Origin: an uncultured Iamiaceae bacterium
GTDB lineage: Bacteria; Actinomycetota; Acidimicrobiia; Acidimicrobiales; Acidimicrobilacustridaceae
NCBI GenBank assembly: GCA_964446345.1
Contig: CAYUOL010000001.1
Span: forward strand, 24,132 to 88,131
Length of the DNA stretch: 64,000 nucleotides
Reading direction: 5' to 3'
Shown here: positions 38,086 to 47,457 of the stretch, piece after piece
Position numbering within the stretch: the stretch's first letter is position 1
How the letters are laid out: each line of letters starts with the position of its first letter
The notes under the pieces: model-generated
What the model saw: only the letters and a program-made list of their open reading frames with translations
Databases searched by the model: none
Told to the model about the DNA's origin: nothing
Made by a program: the position numbers and the translations under genes

Positions 38086-39246
38086 TCAGTAAGAGCGTGG
38101 CAGGCCCATGATCTTTTCGCCGATGAAACTCAGACAAAGCTCGCGGTTCACTGGGGCCGTGCGCAGCAAGCGCATCAGTGGATATAGCTCGTAAATGCCG
38201 GTATCTTCGGTAAACCCCGATCCGCCATGAGCCTGGAGCGCCGCATCCACCGCCTCGATGCCAGCCTCCGCCGCAGCATATTTGGCCATATTGGACGAGG
38301 CGCCAGCGGGTAGGCTGTTGTCGAATTCCCAAGCGGCGCGGCGGGTCATGAGGCTCGCCATTTCGACTGCGGTGTGGGCCTTGGCCATCGGATGTTGGAC
38401 ACCCTGATGCGCACCGATCGGCTGGCCGAAAACGTTGCGCTGCGACGCATAGGCGACGCCTTTATTTAGCGCGAATCGGCCAATTCCGCAGCATAGAGCA
38501 GCCAGGATGATGCGCTCGGGGTTAAGCGAGTCGAAAAGAATCGAAAAGCCTTCGTCCACTTGGCCCACAACATCTTCGGGACCAAGATCAACCTCGTCGA
38601 AAAATAGCGTCCATTGTTCTTCGGGTAGTGGAATCGAAATCTTCACCCGTTGTTTGTCGACGCCTTTCTTTTTCAGATCGACCGCAAAAAGCGTGAAGCC
38701 ATCGGTCTTGCGCTTGACCTCTTCGTGCGGCTTGGTACGGGCTACTACCAAGCAGTAGTCCGCGACATCAGCGCCGGTAATAAAGGTCTTTTCCCCCGAT
38801 AATGAAAAGCGGTTACCTCTTTGCCTTGCCAATGTTCGAGCCTTGATCGTGTTCGAACCAGCTCCGGGCTCTGTGATCGCAAAACAGAACTGGATTTCGC
38901 CACGACAAGCCCGCGGCAGGAGCTCCTTTTTCTGGAACTCGCTTCCATGGTTCGCAATATGCGCCAAGGACATGGTCGGCCCGACGACCATCATCAGAAG
39001 CGGAATACCGTGATTGGCCGTCCCCTCCATGAACAAAGCCATCTCAGTCATGCCGAGGCCGGCCCCGCCAAACTCTTGAGGCACCATAAGCCCCAGAAAT
39101 CCATCATCGGCGATCTTAGAGAACATCTCTCGCGGAAAAACATGCCGACGCGCATGATCGAGCCAATAGGCGTTGTCGAAACGCTGTGCCAACTGGGCGC
39201 CGTATTCGTAGATCTGGCGCTGCTCATCGTTCAAGTTGAAATCCAT
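38086..39246 (-). CDS. Acyl-CoA dehydrogenase
   Basis: Start MDFNLNDEQRQIYEYG at ATG 39246. Motifs CFAITEPGAGSN and AHGGSGF. Confidence 0.88.
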   Translation of the reverse strand: MDFNLNDEQRQIYEYGAQLAQRFDNAYWLDHARRHVFPREMFSKIADDGFLGLMVPQEFGGAGLGMTEMALFMEGTANHGIPLLMMVVGPTMSLAHIANHGSEFQKKELLPRACRGEIQFCFAITEPGAGSNTIKARTLARQRGNRFSLSGEKTFITGADVADYCLVVARTKPHEEVKRKTDGFTLFAVDLKKKGVDKQRVKISIPLPEEQWTLFFDEVDLGPEDVVGQVDEGFSILFDSLNPERIILAALCCGIGRFALNKGVAYASQRNVFGQPIGAHQGVQHPMAKAHTAVEMASLMTRRAAWEFDNSLPAGASSNMAKYAAAEAGIEAVDAALQAHGGSGFTEDTGIYELYPLMRLLRTAPVNRELCLSFIGEKIMGLPRSY

Positions 39247-39265
39247 ATTGAACTCCGACGCGGTG

Positions 39266-40045
39266 TTATTGTTCAAATCTCGGCTCGCGGCGATTGGCGA
39301 AGGCATCCAGCCCTTCGGCCACCTCCGCTCCCGGCAGGTGACGCAATGCAGCGTCGCGCTCAAGACGCATGCTTTGGTCGAGCGTCAGTTCCAGACCCTC
39401 GCGACCCAGCCGTTTCATCTCAGCCATGCCCTGCCGCGAGCGCGTGCCGATCTTCTGGCAGTAAGCCAAGGCCGCGCTGTGGAGTTGATCATCGGCCACG
39501 ACATAGTTTACGAGTCCAGCCTCCTTGGCCTCGTCCGCCTTCAACCAACGCGCAGAGAACATCAGATCGAGCGCTCGGCGCAGTCCCATAAGACGGACCA
39601 ACCGCTGACTGCCGCCCCAACCCGGAATGAGACCGAACTGCGCATGCTGATCACCAAATTGCGCGGTCTCCGCCGCGAAGCAGACGTCGCACGACAGCAT
39701 CAATTCGATGCCCCCCGCCAGGCACAGCCCCTGGACCGCCACGACCACCGGTAGGGGACTCTGCTCGAGCCGGCGCAACACGCCTATGCCGAAACCAATG
39801 AAGCGATCCAGCGCCGCCGGATCGTCCATCTTGCCTTTCACTTCGACGAGGTCAGCTCCGGTGCAAAAATGTTTGCCCTGGGCGCAGATCAGAACAGCGC
39901 GAACCGAGCGGTCGGCCTCAAATTTCGCACGACCGGCATCGATAAGCTGATGTACCTCGAGCGAAAGACAGTTGAGCTTCTCCGGCCGGCTCAACTCGAT
40001 GATCCCGGTGCTGCCTTCGGTTCGGATCTTGACCGGAACGCTCAT
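39266..40045 (-). CDS. Enoyl-CoA hydratase/isomerase (crotonase family)
   Basis: The true start ATG 40045 (MSVPVKIRTEGSTGIIELSRPEKLN) is in an ATGA overlap with the ACAD stop. Motif AQGKHFCTGADLVEV. Confidence 0.88.
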   Translation of the reverse strand: MSVPVKIRTEGSTGIIELSRPEKLNCLSLEVHQLIDAGRAKFEADRSVRAVLICAQGKHFCTGADLVEVKGKMDDPAALDRFIGFGIGVLRRLEQSPLPVVVAVQGLCLAGGIELMLSCDVCFAAETAQFGDQHAQFGLIPGWGGSQRLVRLMGLRRALDLMFSARWLKADEAKEAGLVNYVVADDQLHSAALAYCQKIGTRSRQGMAEMKRLGREGLELTLDQSMRLERDAALRHLPGAEVAEGLDAFANRREPRFEQ

Positions 40046-41223
40046 TTTCCCGCCCCCTTCGCTCTCTTGTCGTATTGGAGCGCCACGCGCCCTACCTTCT
40101 CGCGCGCTATGACGAGCTTCTGGATTTGCGCCGTGCCGTCGCCGATTTGAAGCCCGAGCACGTCGTTGTGACGCTGATGGTGCGGCAGGTCGGTTGTGTA
40201 GCCATAGTGCCCGTGCAAAATCAGGCACTGGTGGATGATCTCGCAGGCAGTCTTTGGCACATACCATTTGCACATGGCCGCCTCGGCCGTATGCGGCATG
40301 CCGCGATCGCGCAGGTCGAGGGTATAGTAACAGAGCTGGCGCATCATCGTCAGTTGCGTCTCGGCCTCGGCGAGCGGAAAGGTGACGCCCTGATATTGAG
40401 CCAACGGCGCGCCGAACGCCTCGCGTTCCTGGACATAGGCCCAGGTCTCGTCGACAGAGGCCTGCGCCGGACCGAGGCACTCCAGCCCGATCAGCGCGCG
40501 GCTATAGTCGAAGCCCGCCATGATGGTCCCGAAGGCTCGGTCCTGTTCGCCCATCAAGCATTCAGCCGGCACATGGACATCATCGAAGAAAACCGAGCCA
40601 CGGCCGACCGGCTTGGTGCCGATGTCGTCAAAATGGGTCCGCTTGATCCCCTTTTCCGTCAGGTTAACAAAGAAAGCGCTGACGCCACGCGACCCGCCTT
40701 TTGGATCGCCGGTGCGGGCGAAGACAACTGCAGCGTCTGCCTGCGCAGCAAAGCTCATGGAGGTCTTTTCGCCATTCAGCCGCCAGCCATTACCTGACTT
40801 CTCGGCGCGCAGCTGAAGATTTGCCGCGTCCGAACCGCCGCGTGGTTCGGTAAGGCCAAGTCCGATCACCGCGTCCCCTGCAATCACTCGCGGCACCCAA
40901 TCGCGGGCGATGTCCTCCGAGGCGTGTTTTGCGACCATGCCGCCCATGAGCGAGCCCAGGAGTTGCACGTAGCTGACGTTGAAATCGGCATAGGCGATCT
41001 GTTCGGTGATCAACCCGGCCGTGACGGAGCTTTCACCCATTCCGCCAAACTTCTCAGGAAGATCCGGCGCAATCAGACCGAGCGAGCCCATTTCACGGAT
41101 CAGTCCCCGATCGAGGACATGGCCTTTGGCGCGCTTTTGATAGCCATCGGCCAATCTTTCGCGCGCAAAACGCCGTGCGACCTCCCGAAAGGCGAACTGA
41201 TCTTCGGTCGGCTGAAAGGGCAT
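40042..41223 (-). CDS. Acyl-CoA dehydrogenase
   Basis: 393 aa with a GGGAGGA SD. Motifs GLGLTEPRGGSD and IGDGTAQIQKLVIARE. Confidence 0.88.
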   Translation of the reverse strand: MPFQPTEDQFAFREVARRFARERLADGYQKRAKGHVLDRGLIREMGSLGLIAPDLPEKFGGMGESSVTAGLITEQIAYADFNVSYVQLLGSLMGGMVAKHASEDIARDWVPRVIAGDAVIGLGLTEPRGGSDAANLQLRAEKSGNGWRLNGEKTSMSFAAQADAAVVFARTGDPKGGSRGVSAFFVNLTEKGIKRTHFDDIGTKPVGRGSVFFDDVHVPAECLMGEQDRAFGTIMAGFDYSRALIGLECLGPAQASVDETWAYVQEREAFGAPLAQYQGVTFPLAEAETQLTMMRQLCYYTLDLRDRGMPHTAEAAMCKWYVPKTACEIIHQCLILHGHYGYTTDLPHHQRHNDVLGLQIGDGTAQIQKLVIAREKVGRVALQYDKRAKGAGK

Positions 41224-41268
41224 TGAATGATCCTCCCGCGGAGCGTCTTAAATCGACTTTCCAAGAAA

Positions 41269-41284
41269 CCTAACAAACGTTAGA
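41269..41284. promoter_or_regulatory. Operator copy CCTAAC-N4-GTTAGA
   Basis: CCTAACAAACGTTAGA has one mismatch. It lies in the 92-bp divergent region between the ACAD start (41223) and the fadH start (41316). Confidence 0.55.
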
Positions 41285-41315
41285 ATACCCGGCAAGTGCC
41301 AAAGGGAGGAAAATT

Positions 41316-43349
41316 ATGAACACGACGGCTTCGTCGACCTACGCCAGATTGCTCTCACCGCTCAAGGTCGGGCGCCACGAAATGCGCAACCGGATCATCA
41401 TGGGTTCAATGCATACCAAGCTCGAATGCAAGCCCGACCCGATCGCCGCGCAACTTGCCTTCTATGTCGAACGTGCGCGCGGCGGCGTTGCGCTCATCGT
41501 CACCGGGGGGTTTTCGCCTAACGCCGAAGGCGTGCTTGACGCTCAAGGACCGCGGCTCGACGATCCCGAAGAGGCCCAGGCGCTTCGCCCGATCTGCGAT
41601 GCAGTACATCACGAGGGCGCTCTCATCTGCGCGCAGCTCCTTCATGCAGGGCGCTATGCAAAGATTGCGGGCTGCGTGGCGCCTTCCCCAATTCGGGCAC
41701 CAATCAACCGCCATATCCCGCGCGAGATGCTCGATAGCGACATTCTCCGCACAATCAGCCAATTCGCCGAGGCGGCAGCGAACGCGCAGGCTGCAGGCTT
41801 TGACGGTGTGGAGATCATGGGATCCGAGGGCTATCTCATTAACGAGTTCACGGTGACCCACACCAACAAGCGCGAAGATGCTTGGGGCGGCAGCGCGGAG
41901 AACCGCCATCGTTTTCCTGTCGAGGTCGTGCGCGCGGTGCGCCAGCGCTGCGGTCCGGATCTACTGATCATCTATCGCATTTCGGCTGCCGATCTCATCG
42001 AAGACGGCGCACCGGCGGATGAGATCGCCGCCCTTGCCCGCAAGGTGGAGGCCGCAGGTGCCGACATTATCAACACTGGAATTGGCTGGCACGAGGCCCG
42101 CGTGCCTACTATCGCCTACCCCGTGCCACGAGGAGCTTGGCGCAAGGCCGCCGCACGGGTCCGCGCTGCCGTCTCCATCCCCGTGGTCGCGTCCAACCGC
42201 ATCAGCACCGCGGAGATGGCCGAGGACATCCTCGCGAGCGGCGATGCAGATCTCATCTCTATGGCGCGGCCAATGCTGGCCGATCCGTTCTTCGCCAACA
42301 AGGTCCGCGATGGACGAGTGGACGAGATCAATACCTGCATCGCCTGCAACCAGGCTTGTCTGGACTACATCTTCTCTGGCCGCGCGGTGAGTTGCCTTGT
42401 AAATCCTCGCGCTGGCCGCGAGTCCGAGCTGCGCGATACGCCCGCGGAGGTCCGGAAAAAGATCGCGGTGGTCGGCGGCGGCGCGGCGGGGATGGCTACC
42501 GCAACGGAAGCGGCGCGACGCGGTCACTTTGTTTCGTTGTTCGAAGTTTCTCAAACGCTCGGAGGACAGCTTACGCTGGCGCGCGCAGTTCCTGGCAAGA
42601 ATGAGTTCGACGACACTCTGCGTTACTTCCGACGCCAGGTAGACAAGCACGGGGTCAACCTGCATCTTGGCCGCCGCGCCTCCCCCGAGGATCTGAGCGG
42701 GTACGATCATGTGGTGATTGCTACCGGCGTCAGCCCCCGCATCCCCGATCTGCCGGGCGTTGACCATCCCAAGGTGGCAACCTATGCGGAAATCCTATCG
42801 GGCACACGGGTCGCGGGAAAGACCGTCGCCATCGTGGGCGCTGGCGGGATCGGCTTCGACGTGGCCGAGTTTCTCGTCACTCCTACCGCCGAGGCTAACG
42901 GCAGCGAGGCTTTTTTCGACACTTGGGGCGTGGATGGAAATTTCTCCGCGCCCGGCGCGCTCAAGGCTGATCCGCAAGCACCGGTGGGCGGCACCCGCAA
43001 AGTCGTCATGCTGCAGCGTAAGACCACTAAGCCCGGTGACGGACTCGGCGTTTCCACGGGCTGGATCGTTCGCAACGCGCTACGCAAATACGGCGTCGAG
43101 ATGTTGGGCGGCGTCAGCTATGAGCGAATCGACGATGAGGGCCTACACATCAAGATCGCCGGCCGACGTCAGGTCATCGCAGCTGACACGATCGTGCTTT
43201 GCACCGGGCAGGAGTCTGAGCGCGCGCTTCACGCCGCACTGATTGAGCGCGGCATCCCGGCCACAGTAGTCGGCGGGGCCAAGGAAGCCACCGAACTGGA
43301 CGCCTTACGCGCGATTGACGAGGGCATCCGGCTGGCACAATCGCTTTAA
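41316..43349 (+). CDS. fadH: NADPH-dependent 2,4-dienoyl-CoA reductase (OYE domain + FAD/NAD(P) domain)
   Basis: 677 aa. OYE-like N-terminal half (RIIMGSMHT, GFDGVEIMGSEGYLINEF), a Cys-rich linker CIACNQAC, then the Rossmann motif VVGGGAAGM. Confidence 0.9.
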   Translation: MNTTASSTYARLLSPLKVGRHEMRNRIIMGSMHTKLECKPDPIAAQLAFYVERARGGVALIVTGGFSPNAEGVLDAQGPRLDDPEEAQALRPICDAVHHEGALICAQLLHAGRYAKIAGCVAPSPIRAPINRHIPREMLDSDILRTISQFAEAAANAQAAGFDGVEIMGSEGYLINEFTVTHTNKREDAWGGSAENRHRFPVEVVRAVRQRCGPDLLIIYRISAADLIEDGAPADEIAALARKVEAAGADIINTGIGWHEARVPTIAYPVPRGAWRKAAARVRAAVSIPVVASNRISTAEMAEDILASGDADLISMARPMLADPFFANKVRDGRVDEINTCIACNQACLDYIFSGRAVSCLVNPRAGRESELRDTPAEVRKKIAVVGGGAAGMATATEAARRGHFVSLFEVSQTLGGQLTLARAVPGKNEFDDTLRYFRRQVDKHGVNLHLGRRASPEDLSGYDHVVIATGVSPRIPDLPGVDHPKVATYAEILSGTRVAGKTVAIVGAGGIGFDVAEFLVTPTAEANGSEAFFDTWGVDGNFSAPGALKADPQAPVGGTRKVVMLQRKTTKPGDGLGVSTGWIVRNALRKYGVEMLGGVSYERIDDEGLHIKIAGRRQVIAADTIVLCTGQESERALHAALIERGIPATVVGGAKEATELDALRAIDEGIRLAQSL

Positions 43350-43382
43350 GGGTGGATGATATCGTCTGTTGACATTGGTCTA

Positions 43383-44418
43383 TGTAGGGCCTCAAGAGGT
43401 TGTTCCTGGCTAAACCGAGTCGGCTGATGGGAGTGTTGGCCTTCAGACTACCATGCGGCCGATGCCAATTGTAGCGATGAGCCAATGCACCAGCTCGGCT
43501 GATCGTTGATCTGAGTTCTGGTAGGCGCGGGCATATGCCCATTCGCGAAGGGAAGTTTGGATGAAGCGCTCGGCCTTGCCGTTGGTCTTCGGGGTATATG
43601 GCCTGGTGAAGATTTGGTGAAAGACCAAGGCGCCTGCAAGCTGCTCGGAACATCCTTGAGCGGTAGCACGAGCCATTATCAGTCATCACGCGCTCGACGC
43701 GGACTCCGAGCCTGGCAAAGTAAGTGACAGCGGCCTCAAGAAAAGCCACTGCACTTTCCTTGCGCTGATCGGCCATCACCTGCACGAAGGCGATGCGTGA
43801 AGCATCGTCGATGCAGACATGGACGAACTCCCAGCCGATGCCATGGTGGCGATTGATCGCGCCGGGATACCGCCCGGTGATGCGATGTCCCACAGAGCCG
43901 ATCCGGCCGAGCTTCTTGATGTCGAGGTGGATAAGCTCGCCGGAGTGCTCGCGCTCATAGCGGCGGATCGGCTCGGCCGGCTCCAGCTCGGCCAACCTGT
44001 TCAGGCCGAGCCAGCGCAGGATGCGGCTGACGGTTGCGGGCGATATTCCGACTTCGGCAGCGATCTGCCTGCCCGTGTGGCGCTGCCGACGCAACGCCTC
44101 GACAGTGGCACATGTAGCTGCCGGGGTTTGGCCTGGCAATGAATGGGGCCGTGAGGAACGATCCCGCAGCCCATCCACGCCTTCTGTGCGGAAGCGGGTG
44201 ACCCACTTGGCGACAATCGTTGGTGATGTTGAATTGGCGCGTGGCTGCGGCCTTGCTGAGCCCTCCTTCAACAACACTGCGCACCATGGCCTCTCGACCT
44301 TTGGGCGTCAGAGGCGCATTCTTGTGAGTGTCCATTCGATCCCCCGCGAATCACTGTGTGTTTGGCGACATCAGCGTTCACGGTTGCGGTCGAATGGACA
44401 ACCTCCTGAAAGCTCACA
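43383..44418 (-). mobile_element. IS481-family insertion sequence with frameshifted (dead) transposase
   Basis: Imperfect terminal IRs starting TGT: TGTAGGGCCTCAAGAGGTTGTTCC (43383-) against the reverse complement of 44396-44418, TGTGAGCTTTCAGGAGGTTGTCC. The transposase starts at ATG 44335 (MDTHKNAPLTPKGREAMV). It is split over at least 3 frames (…VAKWVTRFRTEGVDGLRDRSSRP…, …RPYTPKTNGKAERFIQTSLREWAY…, …YNWHRPHGSL…). Confidence 0.8.
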
Positions 44419-44583
44419 GCTAGCCCGCTCGCAGCGGGCCGTCGGCATTGCGGCCAAGCTATCGAAAAGAAACCTGTTGGGGCACCGCGCCTCGAAGGAC
44501 CGACAATACCATACCAAAGCGGCGATCCCCCTTGGCGGGGCGGTCGATGAGTTGCAGCCTGTCGCTCCCTTCCAAGACGGCGT

Positions 44584-46521
44584 TCAGCGGCCTTTGTTCC
44601 TCAATGCAGCGATGGGAGCAATGACCTCGGGATTCTGCAACGGCGACAGGTCGCCCGGATTCTCGCCCAGAAACGCCGCGCGGACGACGCGGCGCATGGT
44701 CTTCATACTGCGAGTCTTTGGCAGCGCCTCGACAAAGTGTATCTCGCGCGGGCGGAAAGGTTGGGAGACCGCGGCGGCTACATTGTCCTTCAGTTGCTCC
44801 ACCAAGGTGTCGTCGGTTTTCACGCCGGGGGCGAGGACGCAGACGCAGACCACAGCTAGGCCCTTTAGATCATCCGGCGCTGCAATTGCAGCGGCGTCGA
44901 TTACATTACCAGTGGCGGTTAGTGCGGCCTCGATCTCGGTCGGGCCGATACGCTTGCCGGCAATGTTGAGTGTGTCGTCCGAACGGCCGAGAATGAACCA
45001 TGTTCCGTCGGAATCGCGGCGCGCCCAATCGCCATGCCGCCAAACGCCGGGGTAATCGGACCAGTAGGTCTCGAGATATCGCGAGTGATCCCGCCAGATC
45101 GTCGGGGTCAGGCCCAGCGGCGGCTTGGTGACCACCAGCTCGCCCATCTCGCCGTCTGTCGCCTCGGACCCATCCGGTCGCAGCACTTTCGCCCCGACGC
45201 CCAACGCCTCGCTGGAAAAACCGCAGGGCCGCAACGTGTGCAGCACGGTCGACGTCAGGATTGCGCCAAAAAGCTCAGTCCCGCCGGAGATGTTGAGTGG
45301 CACCGCCCTGTGGCGGCAGATGTGTTCCAGATGCCAGAGCCAGGCATCCTCGGTCCAGGGTTCGCCGGTGGAAGCGACGATGCGCAGAGCGGAGAGATTG
45401 TACCGCGCCAGCGGACCGGGATCGCTTCTCATAAACTGTCGCACCAACGTGGGCGCGACGCCAAGATGGGTAACGCCGTGTTCGCTCGCGAGGCGCAGCA
45501 GGCGGAATGGATCGTCCGGCGTGGAGGGCGCCCCTTCGGCCAGCACCAGTGTCGCGCCCGCCAGAAGCGTCGAGATCAGGGTCAGCGGGCCCATAACCCA
45601 GCCCATATCGGTCATCCACAGGTGCCGGTCCTCGCGCTTCAAGTCGAGGCACAACAAGAAATTGGTCGTTGCCGCCGCCTGCACACCGAGATGCGTGTGA
45701 ACCACCCCCTTGGGCCGGCCGGTTGTCCCAGAAGTGTAGGCAATCATCAGCGGCGCCTCTGATGCAACCGGAACAGGTGCAAAATCCGCCTTTGCGGCCC
45801 CGACTGTGGCAGCCCAGTCCAGATCCCGCCGTGGGTCGGCGGCGCTGCCGCCGAAGCGGCGCAGGCTGATCACCGTGTGCACGCTGGATACGTCGGCCAG
45901 AGCCTCAACCAGCACGGATTCCATGGGAACAGGCCTGCCGCGACGCCTACTCGCATCGGCCGTCAAAACCGCTTTGGCCGTGCAGTCGTTCAAGCGTGCC
46001 GCCACGGCCGGCGCCGGGTATCCGGAGAACAGGGGGACGGCGATAGCGCCGAGCCTCGCAACGCCCAGGAGGGCCGCTTCGATCTCGGGCACCATCGGCA
46101 TGTAGATGCCAACCGCATCACCCGCGCCTACGCCGCGGGCGGCCAGGGCGCTGGCAACCCGGGCGCTTTCGCAGGCGAGATCGCGGTAGGTCCAGACGCG
46201 CCGTTCCCCGTCTTCGCCGATCCAGTCGATGGCGGCTTTTTCCCCGAGCCCAACTTCGATACGAGCGTCAAGGCAAGTCTCGGTGAGGTTGAGAGTGGCG
46301 TCCGCGGCCCAACGGATTCCGGCTGGCCCACCGCTCACGTCCCGCAACGTTCGGTAACGACGCGAAAAGCGCACGTTCGCAAGATCGAGAATTTGTGACC
46401 AGAACCAATCGGGTTCAGCGTCGGCCCGCGCGACGAGACTTTCGTAATCTGTCAGGCCGCAGCGCGTGAGAAAAGCTCTGATCGCGCTGCAGTCCTGGAT
46501 GTCTTTAGATGGCGTAAACAT
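44584..46521 (-). CDS. Acyl-CoA synthetase of the acetyl/propionyl-CoA synthetase (ACS) family
   Basis: 645 aa. N-terminal EPDWFWSQIL pattern, motif YTSGTTGRPKGV, C-terminal PKTRSMKTMRR. Confidence 0.85.
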   Translation of the reverse strand: MFTPSKDIQDCSAIRAFLTRCGLTDYESLVARADAEPDWFWSQILDLANVRFSRRYRTLRDVSGGPAGIRWAADATLNLTETCLDARIEVGLGEKAAIDWIGEDGERRVWTYRDLACESARVASALAARGVGAGDAVGIYMPMVPEIEAALLGVARLGAIAVPLFSGYPAPAVAARLNDCTAKAVLTADASRRRGRPVPMESVLVEALADVSSVHTVISLRRFGGSAADPRRDLDWAATVGAAKADFAPVPVASEAPLMIAYTSGTTGRPKGVVHTHLGVQAAATTNFLLCLDLKREDRHLWMTDMGWVMGPLTLISTLLAGATLVLAEGAPSTPDDPFRLLRLASEHGVTHLGVAPTLVRQFMRSDPGPLARYNLSALRIVASTGEPWTEDAWLWHLEHICRHRAVPLNISGGTELFGAILTSTVLHTLRPCGFSSEALGVGAKVLRPDGSEATDGEMGELVVTKPPLGLTPTIWRDHSRYLETYWSDYPGVWRHGDWARRDSDGTWFILGRSDDTLNIAGKRIGPTEIEAALTATGNVIDAAAIAAPDDLKGLAVVCVCVLAPGVKTDDTLVEQLKDNVAAAVSQPFRPREIHFVEALPKTRSMKTMRRVVRAAFLGENPGDLSPLQNPEVIAPIAALRNKGR

Positions 46522-46599
46522 ACCATTTCATCCGATACGGTATCTCGGCACGGTCCGGCCGTATCAATCCACAAGTTGAGGGCGCCGCCGTCGCGCGCG

Positions 46600-47361
46600 T
46601 CATCCATGCATCGTCAGCCCGCCGGAGACCGAAATCACTTGGCCGGTGATGAAACCAGCGTCGTCGGAGGCAAGGAAGCAGATGATCCCCGGGTAGTCGG
46701 TCGGTTGCGCGAGCCGTCGCATCGGAATGGAACGCTTGAGACCTTCCGCGATTTTCTCGCCACCTTCGCCCTTCGAGAATTCGGCGAAAAGCGGTGTGTC
46801 GGTCGGCCCTGGGGCCACGGCATTGAGCTGTATTCCCTTGCGCGCCAATTCCCGCGCCACTGTCTTGGTGAAGGCGATAATGCCGCCCTTGCAGGCCGAG
46901 TAAACAGCTTCGCCTGAGGAGCCAACGCGGCCCGCGTCGGAACTGATATTGACCACGCGCCCGCCTCCGTTTCTAACCATGCCCGGAAGTACCGCGTGAT
47001 GCATGTTCAGGGGACCGTAGAGGTTAATGTCAATAACCTTTTTCCAGAGCGTTGCGTCGGATTCCAGGAAAAGTCGAGGGACGTCCCAGCCGGCATTGTT
47101 GACCAGAACATTGATGGGCCCGCCTTTCTCCACCTCGGCCACAGCCGCATCGACTGCCGCACGTTCGGTGATGTCAACGGCGTGGGCAGTCGCTTTGCCA
47201 CCTGCGTCCCCTATGATCTTCACAGTTTCAGTCGCACCCGCGGCATTTATGTCGAATACGGCGACCTCGCTGCCTTCTTCGGCGAATCGCTTGCATACTT
47301 CGCGTCCGATCCCGCTGCCGCCGCCGGTTACGATTGTCCGCTTCCCTTTTAGCCCGCGCAT
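46600..47361 (-). CDS. SDR oxidoreductase resembling 2-hydroxycyclohexanecarboxyl-CoA dehydrogenase (BadH)
   Basis: ATG 47361 follows GGGAGGGG. Motifs TGGGSGIG, NNAGWD, SSGEAVYSACKGG and a C-terminal GQVISVSGGLTMHG. The resemblance to R. palustris BadH is from memory. Confidence 0.8.
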   Translation of the reverse strand: MRGLKGKRTIVTGGGSGIGREVCKRFAEEGSEVAVFDINAAGATETVKIIGDAGGKATAHAVDITERAAVDAAVAEVEKGGPINVLVNNAGWDVPRLFLESDATLWKKVIDINLYGPLNMHHAVLPGMVRNGGGRVVNISSDAGRVGSSGEAVYSACKGGIIAFTKTVARELARKGIQLNAVAPGPTDTPLFAEFSKGEGGEKIAEGLKRSIPMRRLAQPTDYPGIICFLASDDAGFITGQVISVSGGLTMHG

Positions 47362-47421
47362 GGTTATCACCCCTCCCTTCCGCGGATACGCCATAGGTGT
47401 TCTAACCTTAGGCGACCAAAT

Positions 47422-47437
47422 TCTAACGTATGTTAGA
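47422..47437. promoter_or_regulatory. Palindromic operator TCTAAC-N4-GTTAGA
   Basis: TCTAACGTATGTTAGA lies between the BadH-like SDR (start 47361) and the double-TetR gene (start 47458 or 47482). An extra TCTAAC half-site is at 47401-47406. Confidence 0.6.
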
Positions 47438-47457
47438 TTATCGCACTTGCTATTTCG

